Below the pieces are notes generated by a model. It was not told the origin of the DNA. It made no database searches and saw only the letters and a program-made list of their open reading frames with translations. Shown here piece by piece: positions 17,537 through 25,799 of a DNA stretch of 32,000 bases (position 1 is its first letter; every line of letters begins with the position of its first letter). The position numbers and the translations under genes are program-made. Source of the stretch: Candidatus Poseidoniaceae archaeon (GTDB lineage Archaea > Thermoplasmatota > Poseidoniia > Poseidoniales > Poseidoniaceae); the NCBI GenBank assembly GCA_943789275.1, contig CALSTM010000001.1:270001-302000 (forward strand), read 5' to 3'.

Positions 17537-18495
17537 TTCTCTTCTGCGAGGCCGATTTCAACGAGGCGTTGGTGGAGATAATCACCAGCCGTAATGGATT
17601 GGTAGTTGACTTCCCCTCCGGTCATTTCAACGAATTCGGGGCGAGGCGTGAGGTCAACTTCATTTCGGGGATGAACAAACATTGGCATTGAGAAACGCCG
17701 CTCACTTGAATTTTCAGGGTTGACGACTCGGTGTGTTGTTGATTTGAATAAGCCATTTGTCAAGTTTTGGAGCATGTCTCCAGAATCGACAATAATATTG
17801 CTCGCATCACCCTCAACTTGAATCCAACTTCCGTCGTGGTCCATGACTTCAAGCCCATCAGCAGTTGCGGTCACCAAAAGCGTGATGAAATTGATATCTT
17901 CATGTGCAGCGGAGCGTACGGCGCCTTTCGGGACGTCATCACCAAGTGGGGGATAGTGTATGATTCGCATGATTGTATTTCCATCTTCAGCCATTGAACC
18001 CAACCAATTCGAAGGCTTGTTGAGGTAAAGACTGCACGACTGCAGAAGGTTTTTCGAAAGAGATTCCATTTTCGTGTACAGCCCATCAATGACTGCTTTG
18101 AAACCAGTTACATGTTGGTCTGGCCATACATTGGGGACATAGGTCGGCGTTTTACCAGTGGTCGGGTGGCTACGTCCTGTCTGCCAGAATTCCTTGAGGT
18201 CAGGTGCAGGATTGTTCTTTGCATGTTCAATGCCAAAGGCAGTGTAGCCTCTTTGATGAGAAATTTCGGGTTGCAGGTATGAGCGCTTCACCTCGTCGTT
18301 AAGCGAGAAGAACTCGTCGCCTTGCTGATAGGAATCGTCGATGGATTCCATGGGTATTCCGTGGTTTTTCAAGGCAAAAAAGCCAATATCCTTCAGTGAG
18401 TCTCCAACTGCTTTGATGAAGCCGATTCGACGTTCTTCATCTTGGCTAAGGTAGTCTGCGTAGTCGACTACCGGGATACTGCGCATCCAATCCAC
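17533..18495 (-). CDS. 2-oxoglutarate/Fe(II)-dependent oxygenase (isopenicillin-N-synthase-like family)
   Basis: An N-terminal DIOX_N-like region, the facial triad H-x-D (AAHEDINFITLL) plus a distal His (TTHRV), and the 2OG-binding R-x-S (RRFSMPMF). 320 aa. Confidence 0.85.
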   Translation of the reverse strand: MDWMRSIPVVDYADYLSQDEERRIGFIKAVGDSLKDIGFFALKNHGIPMESIDDSYQQGDEFFSLNDEVKRSYLQPEISHQRGYTAFGIEHAKNNPAPDLKEFWQTGRSHPTTGKTPTYVPNVWPDQHVTGFKAVIDGLYTKMESLSKNLLQSCSLYLNKPSNWLGSMAEDGNTIMRIIHYPPLGDDVPKGAVRSAAHEDINFITLLVTATADGLEVMDHDGSWIQVEGDASNIIVDSGDMLQNLTNGLFKSTTHRVVNPENSSERRFSMPMFVHPRNEVDLTPRPEFVEMTGGEVNYQSITAGDYLHQRLVEIGLAEEK

Positions 18496-18496
18496 C

Positions 18497-19255
18497 TCAA
18501 TTCATGTTGGAACGAACCTTGGAAAGGAGTCTCAACATTTCCCAGTAAATCCAGATGACGGTAACGAGTAGCCCAAAAGCTCCCCACCATTCGCCGACCT
18601 TCGGGGTTTGCTGTTTAATTCCAGATTCGATAAAATTGAAATCGAGAATCAAATTGGCACTTGCAACACCAAGAATGAATACCGTGACAAGAATGCCAAT
18701 AGGTCCATTTGAGTGCAAGAACGGAATTTGGAGTGAGCCTGGAATCAAACTGAGGATGAAGGATGAGATGTACAACAAGAATACGCCGAGTGTGAGACTG
18801 ATGACAATTCGTTGAAACATTGGTGTTGCTTTGATGATTCGAGTCGCATACAAACCGTACATACCTCCAACGAGGCAGAGCGTACCGAGTCCGGCTTGGA
18901 ACACGATGCCTGAATACATACTCTCAAAATAAAGCGAAATACCACCAACAAATGCTCCTTCGAAAATGGCGTATGTCATCATGAGGGGTACTGGATTTTT
19001 TGGGCGCATGAAGATGAGTATCATTGCTGTAATAAATCCGCCAAGCATTCCGCCCATCCATGCCATAAATGCAATGCCAATGTCGATTGTCAGGGCAGCA
19101 TATACCACAATTGCTGCAATCAGAAGGGTAGTTCCGAACAGAATCCCAATCTTCTGCATTGCACCTTCATAGGACATTGATTCATAGCCCTCGATGTTGT
19201 TCCAAAAATTGTTTGAAAGGACAGGATTACTCGATGTGTAGGCCATAGTGCTCAT
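18497..19255 (-). CDS. Bax-inhibitor-1 / YccA-like integral membrane protein (BaxI_1-type)
   Basis: Seven predicted TM helices and an N-terminal SSNPVLS motif typical of the prokaryotic BI-1-like family. I chose the start at ATG 19253-19255 (MSTMAYTSSNPVL). The longer ORF to 19351 would overlap the preceding gene by 58 nt. Confidence 0.7.
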   Translation of the reverse strand: MSTMAYTSSNPVLSNNFWNNIEGYESMSYEGAMQKIGILFGTTLLIAAIVVYAALTIDIGIAFMAWMGGMLGGFITAMILIFMRPKNPVPLMMTYAIFEGAFVGGISLYFESMYSGIVFQAGLGTLCLVGGMYGLYATRIIKATPMFQRIVISLTLGVFLLYISSFILSLIPGSLQIPFLHSNGPIGILVTVFILGVASANLILDFNFIESGIKQQTPKVGEWWGAFGLLVTVIWIYWEMLRLLSKVRSNMN

Positions 19256-19293
19256 GCCAAGGACGAGTAGGTCCCTTGTCAATCTTGTGCTGT

Positions 19294-22200
19294 TCAAGAG
19301 TGTTCTTCGACTTGTTGTTGATAGTATGCGGCAAGTTGGTCCATTGGCCATCCCTGATCAAGATATTTTTGGATCGTCTCTTCAGACCATCCTGGGCAAC
19401 GAGCTAAATCTTCAGGTGACAGACCTGTACTCGCAGCCTCATCACCGCTTCCATCGAGGACAGGCATTTGCCAATTTCCATCGTCGATTTCACCGTTTGC
19501 TAATGCATCGAGATTTTGACTTTCGAGGGTGATGAGTTCCTTGATTTCTTCACCTTCCGATTCGATGTTTCGGAGGATGAGGAATGCGCCTGCGGCAAGG
19601 ACAAGACCTCCAAGCATGGCGACGAACATCATGGTCGTTCCAAGATTGGAACTGGTATCGGCACTTGGCGTGGCAATTGAGTTGCGCTGCTCTGTTGAGC
19701 ATCCATCGTCGCTTACCGGAACGTTTGCGGGTGTGTCGGGGCATTTGTCATCTCGATTGATGACTCCATCTCCATCGTCGTCGAGCAGTTCTGTATCAAT
19801 CACTGAGGTGTTGTCATTCGGAATGACGCCGGCCAAATCGCATCCGAGCGTTTCGGATTCGTTGACGCCATCACCGTCTGCATCGGCCAGCAGCAATGCG
19901 TCTGAAGGTGAGACATCTTCCACAGATGGGTCTAAAGCGGTTGCTTGAGCCCATGTGACTTCGATCATATCGGGGATACAATCTCCGTCGGTATCCGTAT
20001 TGGTAGCATGGCTTCCGAATGTGTATTCGAGGCTGTTGATGAGGCCATCGCCATCTGCATCGTGATCTCCTTCGAGGATATTGAAACTTGGAAGTGTTCG
20101 AGTCGTACGATTGAGGCCATTGGCTACTTCCCAGTAATCCGGCAACCCATCGTTATCGGTATCGGTCACATTGTCCGTTCGAATCCAATCTCTGTGCCAT
20201 CCGGCCATGAACGGAGCAGTCACTTCGCTGCTGGATAGGATTAACCCCATTTCACGGTTTCGTGTTGGTGCGGAATCTCCCCAGTTGATGGAGGAAATGA
20301 GTACATGTTCACCGTCGACAATGACACCTTTATTGTGAAGTTTTGACACTTCATCATCTTCGCTCATCACAATAGCGTTCACATCGTATCCTAATGAGGA
20401 ATTCCAGTCTTCATTGAAAGTGTCAATGACTTCTTGAATATCTTTGTCGAGGTACGCTCCGTTGAGGATAAGTCGGATACGAACATCCTGCTGTGCAGCA
20501 GCTTCTAAAGCGCTAACAATCGGATTATCTCCCCAACCCCAGCTCCATTCAACGTCGAGGTACTGAAGCGAGAGAAGAATTTCTTCATCGGCTTGTTCAA
20601 TCATCCAAACAATACCATCGACGCAGGTGTCAGGGCAAGTAATCAGTCGACCACTGACATCTGTAGTGATGTTGTCAGCAGCGGTTGCGTTGGTAATTGA
20701 TTTCAGTGCATCAAGTGACCATCCCGAAGGTGCAGAGTTTGCATTGACTTGCGTGATGTATGTTCGGCTGAGAGATTCATCGTATGAGATCTGTTCCAGT
20801 ACTTGCATGGCGAGGTCTGAGTTTTCAATGATGACTCCCCATTCTGAGTTTCCTCTGTCATCAGGTGCAGGTTGAGACGAACTCTTCCAGTTGCCCGAAC
20901 TCATCCATACACTCGTGTTATCTCGTACGGCCACTTTGCTGTGGATGTATGTGTATGGCTCGTCACTCTGTCCACCGAACCAGAGCGTTGTGATTCCAGC
21001 GGTAGCCAACAGACCTGCAACGCCAAGTTGGTTGTTCTTGTCGTAGTTGTTCCACCAGTACTCCGCAGTGTTGAGGACAACGGTGACGTCAACGCCGCGG
21101 TTATGGGCTTCAATGAGTGCCTGTACCAGGTTTGGTTGCTCGATTTGGTACAGGTGAACATGAAGTGTTTCAGATGCGCCGTCAATCCAGTTCAACAAGT
21201 CAACAAGTCCTTCTTGTGGGCCGATGAGTGGAGTGACTGTACTGATGCCACTGAATTCAGTTGGACCGCAGAATGTGCTGGCTCCAAGCCTGCCCCAGCG
21301 GTGTTGCCAATCCAATGCCAGGTCGGTATCAGGTAAGTTTCCACAACCATCTCCTCGATGGTAAACCAACAGGGAGATGCTGGAAACTGGTTCAACCAGA
21401 CTGATACCACTCCATCCTGCGATGTCAACTGGCCCGTTGCCATACACGAAGGTATCCGCAAGCATCCCTGACGGGGTCATGATGTGCACAGCGGCACCGG
21501 AATCGGGAAGTGTAAATCCAGATGGACTGAGTGCTTCATCAAAGCCAACTCCAACTCCATCTTCATAGACCGATAGCCCACTTGCGTCTGCTGCAAGAAG
21601 AACCGAACTGTTCGCAGGAATACTCACATCACCAATTTGGTAATTGGTAGCCTCGTTCGCTGAATTGACCATTGAGAGTGTCCAGCCGTTCATGTATGCG
21701 AGACTGTCGCCGATGTTGGTGATTTCAATGAATTCAGTGTTGGCTGAAATATCTGTAGAACCTTCTGGCATGAATCTGCTGAATACGATGTCATCGGCCT
21801 CTGCAAAGAGACTTGCATCAGGCTCTGCAGCGCCTGGTGTGGGCCACAAGAGTGTTTGCCAACCGGATTGGTCTTGGCTCGGGCCAACGGTTTGGCAATC
21901 GCTAACGATACTCCACTGAGCCATATCGACCACGGTCCCATCCGGATTTGAAAGCGTGAACTGGTCAGAAAGGCCAGAGAGAACATCATCGTCCATGAGG
22001 AGCACAGCCCGCTCTTGTGGGGCAAGAACCATGCTGCTTTGGTTCCACATTGATGTGCTGCGTAAGAAGCGCCGGTCTTCGCCAGCAGTATCGATTCGCC
22101 AACGGCTGATGTTGAGGTCTTGCGTTCCGTTGTTCATCACTTCAATCCAATCTTCAACAGGTGTGACGGAGTCATCGTTGCAGTAGGCGAGTGCTTCGGT

Positions 22201-24195
22201 AAGTACCAAGTCATTCGATTCTGAGTATGCCGCCCATACCGGATTCATTTCACCAGGTGTTGACCATGCGGATTGTATCCAATCGGTTCCGTTCGATGCG
22301 GCAGTGCCCATTGGTCCTGCACCAGCATGTGTGCTGTTCGGCGCGATGAGTGATTCACCTTCAACGGTCGATGACCAAGAGATGGTATCAACCATGTCAC
22401 CGTTTCCGTCAACCATAATGATTGTATCCGGGGTTGTGTGCTTCAGATAGAAACTGGTTGTACCGTTGAGTGCAATAAGGGCAACTTCACCAGGTTGAAT
22501 GACGGATGTTGATTGCAATGGCATGTTGAATTGATGCAGTGTCAGCGAACGGCCTGCTGCTTGGAACTTCCAACCTCCGACATCCAAAGCCATAGTACCG
22601 TTGTTGTAGATTTCAATCCACTCGCCGAGAGGCCATTGTTGTGAATCGCTTCCAACAGCATCGGGGAAGACCTCAGTAAATATGGCAACACCAGTGGAGG
22701 GTGCTTCAACTGGGTCCGGTTGACCGGGTGTCATCCACGTCGAAGGCACCCATGGGTCTGCAGCCAATTCTGCAGGTACGAGAGAGATGTTTTGGCCGTA
22801 ATGTGTGGCATACCAAGCGGAATCGACAACCGCACCGGTGTCATCTCGAAGCATAATTTGATTGTAGTAATCCCAAAGTTCAGTGTCCCCGGAGAACTGA
22901 ACGAGGCGACGCTCTCCGGCATCGATGGAAGTCGACCCTTGTGTTTGGTTGAACACCAAAGTTCCCGGGTCAAGAATCGTGACATTGCCCATCCCATCGA
23001 TGATTGACCAACCGTTGAGGTCAACGGTCGAAGTGCCTGTGTTCAGCAGTTCGATCCATTCGCCATCAGGGAAAGCAGAACCATCTGAACTGCTGTTGGA
23101 TAGAATTTCAGCAAATTCGATTGGCGACGGCGTGTTTGCGATGAGTTCGAAAGCGAGAGGGTTGCTTGAATTGAGGGTAGGATAGGCTGCATAGACCCAA
23201 AACGGAGAGGTTGATGATTCAACCATTGAGAATCCTGCTTCGGTATCGGTCCACGAAACCTGTTGGGCTTTGCTTCCATTTGGCCACAAGAGTGTAAGAG
23301 TTTCAACACCGTTGTTGAGGACGCCGGAGTTTCCTGAGCCGTTTACTGCAATGATTCGAGTCTCACCAGGTAGAATGATGTTTTCTGAAAGGGTCTGTGA
23401 GAAGCCGACCAAGTGCATTGCATTGAAATCGAGTTTGTTTCCAGCTGCATCTTCAATCGACCAACCGTTGAGGTCGATGTTGTTCGAGCCAGAGTTGAGC
23501 ACTTCAATCCATTCGCCACCCGGCCAAATTGCATTGTCCTCAGATGGCCAAGGGTTCGACATGACTTCATGGATGATGAGGTCCGAAGGAATGAGTGTTG
23601 GACCAGGTGTTGTGCTGCCACCAGAGTTGATACCACCAGGGGTTAGTCCGCTGGTTGCAGTCCAGTCTGCAGTTGGAGTACCGTTGACTTCTTCATAACT
23701 GACTCCGGAAGCAGCGCTTGACGACCAAGTGGCTTGGTCCAGTTGGGCCCCAGCATCGGTGTAAAGGGTAATGATGTCGTTCGTATTTGCGAAGTAAAAG
23801 GCCGAGGTTGGAAGTCCGTTACGTGCGACAACCATGTATTCATCAGGCTCGAGTTCCCAACTCGATGAGTTTGAAGCATCGTAGTCAACAATGCTTGCTG
23901 AATCAAAGTAGAGTGTTTTTGACGCCTTGTTCGTCAAGTACCAACCGAGCACATCCACTGTTGATGTTCCTGAGTTGTGAATCTCCATCCATTCCCCACC
24001 AGGCCATGTTGCGTTGTCAGCTCCGCTTGGATTTGGAAGTACTTCATTGAGGCAAATATCACCGCTGCAAGCAAGCGAACGTGCCGAGGTAGAATCGATG
24101 TTTTCAGTCTCATTAAGCGTTGACACACCCATCGGCAAAGTCGTCGAAAGTACCATCAAAGCAGCGAGGCAAAAGGAGCGGAGTACAAGATTCAT
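19294..24195 (-). CDS. Giant (1633 aa) surface-anchored protein: signal peptide, 6 lamin-tail domains, dual-HKD phospholipase-D-fold domain, TSP3 Ca-binding repeats, C-terminal TM, 91-aa cytoplasmic tail
   Basis: Signal peptide MNLVLRSFCLAALMVLSTTLPMG. There are six LTD cores (e.g. WPGGEWIEVLNSGSNNIDLNGWSI). HKD motifs are YIHSKVAVRD...SSGNW (His codon 20941-20943) and LHNKGVIVDG...SSINW (His codon 20335-20337). D-x-D-x-D-G loops follow, then the TM segment TTMMFVAMLGGLVLAAGAFLIL. A GGTGG SD-like site precedes the ATG, and there are many N-x-S/T sequons. Confidence 0.85.
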   Translation of the reverse strand: MNLVLRSFCLAALMVLSTTLPMGVSTLNETENIDSTSARSLACSGDICLNEVLPNPSGADNATWPGGEWMEIHNSGTSTVDVLGWYLTNKASKTLYFDSASIVDYDASNSSSWELEPDEYMVVARNGLPTSAFYFANTNDIITLYTDAGAQLDQATWSSSAASGVSYEEVNGTPTADWTATSGLTPGGINSGGSTTPGPTLIPSDLIIHEVMSNPWPSEDNAIWPGGEWIEVLNSGSNNIDLNGWSIEDAAGNKLDFNAMHLVGFSQTLSENIILPGETRIIAVNGSGNSGVLNNGVETLTLLWPNGSKAQQVSWTDTEAGFSMVESSTSPFWVYAAYPTLNSSNPLAFELIANTPSPIEFAEILSNSSSDGSAFPDGEWIELLNTGTSTVDLNGWSIIDGMGNVTILDPGTLVFNQTQGSTSIDAGERRLVQFSGDTELWDYYNQIMLRDDTGAVVDSAWYATHYGQNISLVPAELAADPWVPSTWMTPGQPDPVEAPSTGVAIFTEVFPDAVGSDSQQWPLGEWIEIYNNGTMALDVGGWKFQAAGRSLTLHQFNMPLQSTSVIQPGEVALIALNGTTSFYLKHTTPDTIIMVDGNGDMVDTISWSSTVEGESLIAPNSTHAGAGPMGTAASNGTDWIQSAWSTPGEMNPVWAAYSESNDLVLTEALAYCNDDSVTPVEDWIEVMNNGTQDLNISRWRIDTAGEDRRFLRSTSMWNQSSMVLAPQERAVLLMDDDVLSGLSDQFTLSNPDGTVVDMAQWSIVSDCQTVGPSQDQSGWQTLLWPTPGAAEPDASLFAEADDIVFSRFMPEGSTDISANTEFIEITNIGDSLAYMNGWTLSMVNSANEATNYQIGDVSIPANSSVLLAADASGLSVYEDGVGVGFDEALSPSGFTLPDSGAAVHIMTPSGMLADTFVYGNGPVDIAGWSGISLVEPVSSISLLVYHRGDGCGNLPDTDLALDWQHRWGRLGASTFCGPTEFSGISTVTPLIGPQEGLVDLLNWIDGASETLHVHLYQIEQPNLVQALIEAHNRGVDVTVVLNTAEYWWNNYDKNNQLGVAGLLATAGITTLWFGGQSDEPYTYIHSKVAVRDNTSVWMSSGNWKSSSQPAPDDRGNSEWGVIIENSDLAMQVLEQISYDESLSRTYITQVNANSAPSGWSLDALKSITNATAADNITTDVSGRLITCPDTCVDGIVWMIEQADEEILLSLQYLDVEWSWGWGDNPIVSALEAAAQQDVRIRLILNGAYLDKDIQEVIDTFNEDWNSSLGYDVNAIVMSEDDEVSKLHNKGVIVDGEHVLISSINWGDSAPTRNREMGLILSSSEVTAPFMAGWHRDWIRTDNVTDTDNDGLPDYWEVANGLNRTTRTLPSFNILEGDHDADGDGLINSLEYTFGSHATNTDTDGDCIPDMIEVTWAQATALDPSVEDVSPSDALLLADADGDGVNESETLGCDLAGVIPNDNTSVIDTELLDDDGDGVINRDDKCPDTPANVPVSDDGCSTEQRNSIATPSADTSSNLGTTMMFVAMLGGLVLAAGAFLILRNIESEGEEIKELITLESQNLDALANGEIDDGNWQMPVLDGSGDEAASTGLSPEDLARCPGWSEETIQKYLDQGWPMDQLAAYYQQQVEEHS
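19711..20175 (-). repeat. Thrombospondin type-3-like Asp-rich calcium-binding repeats (5 loops) forming a membrane-proximal stalk
   Basis: DTDNDGLPD, DADGDGLIN, DTDGDCIPD, DADGDGVNE and DDDGDGVINRDDKCPD, read from the translation (aa 1341-1495). Confidence 0.7.
20191..21243 (-). other. Phospholipase-D-superfamily catalytic region with two HKD motifs (aa ~985-1335 of the giant protein)
   Basis: H1085-S-K-x4-D and H1287-N-K-x4-D, each followed ~12 residues later by the (G/S)-x-N-W element that completes PLD/Nuc-type half-sites. Confidence 0.8.
21421..24060 (-). repeat. Array of six lamin-tail-domain (LTD) repeats, each ~120-125 aa, within the giant protein (aa ~46-925)
   Basis: Six recurrences of the [FW]P-x-GEWIE-[ILV]-x-N-x-G-x4-[DN]-[LVI]-x-GW core, at aa 64, 224, 375, 521, 680 (degenerate: VEDWIEVMNNG) and 820 (degenerate: TEFIEITNIG). 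Each is followed by a beta-rich segment ending in a W-x-(S/T) motif. Confidence 0.75.
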
Positions 24196-24275
24196 GGTGC
24201 CACCAACAGCCTGTGGGCTGAGTCTAAGGGCATATCACTTTCCCCTAAACATTCACGGAGTGATGGTTGTAAGGC

Positions 24276-25787
24276 TCAAAGGAAACCTGCGTTATCGACA
24301 AGGTTCTCGAACAGCAAATAGGTGATTGGAACAAGAATGACACCCATGGCGTGGCTTCGGCGTATTCCAAGACGTGGTGGGAGAAGTCCGAGCATGGTTC
24401 CGACGATGAGCACGGCAAGTCCGATGAACCCAGTACTCACAAAGACCAGTGCTGCAACGAATATGATGACGCTCATGATCATCTGTTGCAACGGAATTGC
24501 AGCGTGCAGTCGAAGCATACCTTTGCCAACGTATCGCATGATTGGCATTGCCATAAGACCAGCAGCCAATGTGATGGCGAGTAACCGGATGAAATCTGCA
24601 GTTGGCTCAGTGTTGCTCCATGTGTCAACAGGATACATGGCTTTGAGAGCCAGCGTTGCCCCGGAGCGTGAACGGCCGATGATGTAAAGGAAACCAAGAA
24701 CACAAACGGTGACGGCGGTGTTCACTGCCGAAAGGATGGCAATAATTTCCAAATCTTGTTTGGTTTGTGGACCTTCAACACCCTCATCGGATTCGGCTTT
24801 GGCGATTTCCAGGAGTTCGTCGTCAGAGAGTTCAGTTAATCGGCGAGTTTCCCAATCCATTCCAAATCCTTGTTTCCCTTGGAGTTTAGCTGCGACGTTG
24901 CGCCCACCCATCACGAGGACAGTTGCTTGTGATGCGGTCATTCCAGGCAATACACCCATCGATGCGCCTGCTACTCCGGACCAAAAGCAAGGAACCAAGA
25001 GAGGTCGTGCAGGAGGCAAGTCCCAGTTTTCTTTTTGAGGCGGCAGGTGTGAGGTTGTTGCATAGATGTCCAGCAAGTTCGCAATTCCGAACAATCCAGC
25101 AAGACTTGGTAGGAGAAGACTTGCACCTGGCATATCGATTGGAGAACGTCCGGGTAGAGCATGTGGGCCGATAATGGTCCAACCAAACAGGCCAGTCAAC
25201 AAGAAGAACGCTGTGGCTGAAAAGAAACCTGCAAATCTTGAATCTTCGCCCAGTCGCTTTCCAGTTGCCACTTGAATCCATTTCGGCCAGTCGAGTCGTG
25301 TCGTTTCCGTCATCAAAAGCAGTGCTGAGATGGTAAGGAGGATGAACGGAAGAAAGGTGCGAAGTTGAGAGTACCATCCGAGTTCTGGCCCGAATGCAAT
25401 TCTTGCGAGAACAATCAACGGCAAAGAAAGGAACAAACCGAGCTGCGAGCCACGTGCAGACCACGCTACACCACGCGCCGCATTACCTGACAAAAGCATG
25501 CGATGGCCGGGCAGTAAAGATAACGCCTGGTCCGCATCTGGTGCTCCCATAAGCGCTGAGGGAATATAATTCAAGAATGTGTGAACCGTACCTGTCGATA
25601 CAATGATTCCAGCAACGGCTGAAAGCGGGATTCCAAGGCTCAGCAGCCCCGGTGCCAAGGCAAGTAGGATAAGTGCGACATTGTTGACGTGGAAACCGGG
25701 GATGATTCCGGTAAGCGTCCCCATCGCAACACCCCCAAACAGAGCAGCGAGCATCCAACTCAGTTCGTACATGTAGGCATCAAGCAT
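24276..25787 (-). CDS. TctA-family (DUF112) tripartite-tricarboxylate-transporter-like large permease, stand-alone
   Basis: 503-aa polytopic protein with the family's G-x3-G-x2-PG-x-(G/H) N-terminal motif (GTLTGIIPGFHV), repeated later (GVLPGMTAS). An acidic cytoplasmic insert (ELSDDELLEIAKAESDEGVEG) separates the two halves. No TctB or TctC gene is adjacent. Confidence 0.7.
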   Translation of the reverse strand: MLDAYMYELSWMLAALFGGVAMGTLTGIIPGFHVNNVALILLALAPGLLSLGIPLSAVAGIIVSTGTVHTFLNYIPSALMGAPDADQALSLLPGHRMLLSGNAARGVAWSARGSQLGLFLSLPLIVLARIAFGPELGWYSQLRTFLPFILLTISALLLMTETTRLDWPKWIQVATGKRLGEDSRFAGFFSATAFFLLTGLFGWTIIGPHALPGRSPIDMPGASLLLPSLAGLFGIANLLDIYATTSHLPPQKENWDLPPARPLLVPCFWSGVAGASMGVLPGMTASQATVLVMGGRNVAAKLQGKQGFGMDWETRRLTELSDDELLEIAKAESDEGVEGPQTKQDLEIIAILSAVNTAVTVCVLGFLYIIGRSRSGATLALKAMYPVDTWSNTEPTADFIRLLAITLAAGLMAMPIMRYVGKGMLRLHAAIPLQQMIMSVIIFVAALVFVSTGFIGLAVLIVGTMLGLLPPRLGIRRSHAMGVILVPITYLLFENLVDNAGFL

Positions 25788-25799
25788 GAAACGTCCTCC

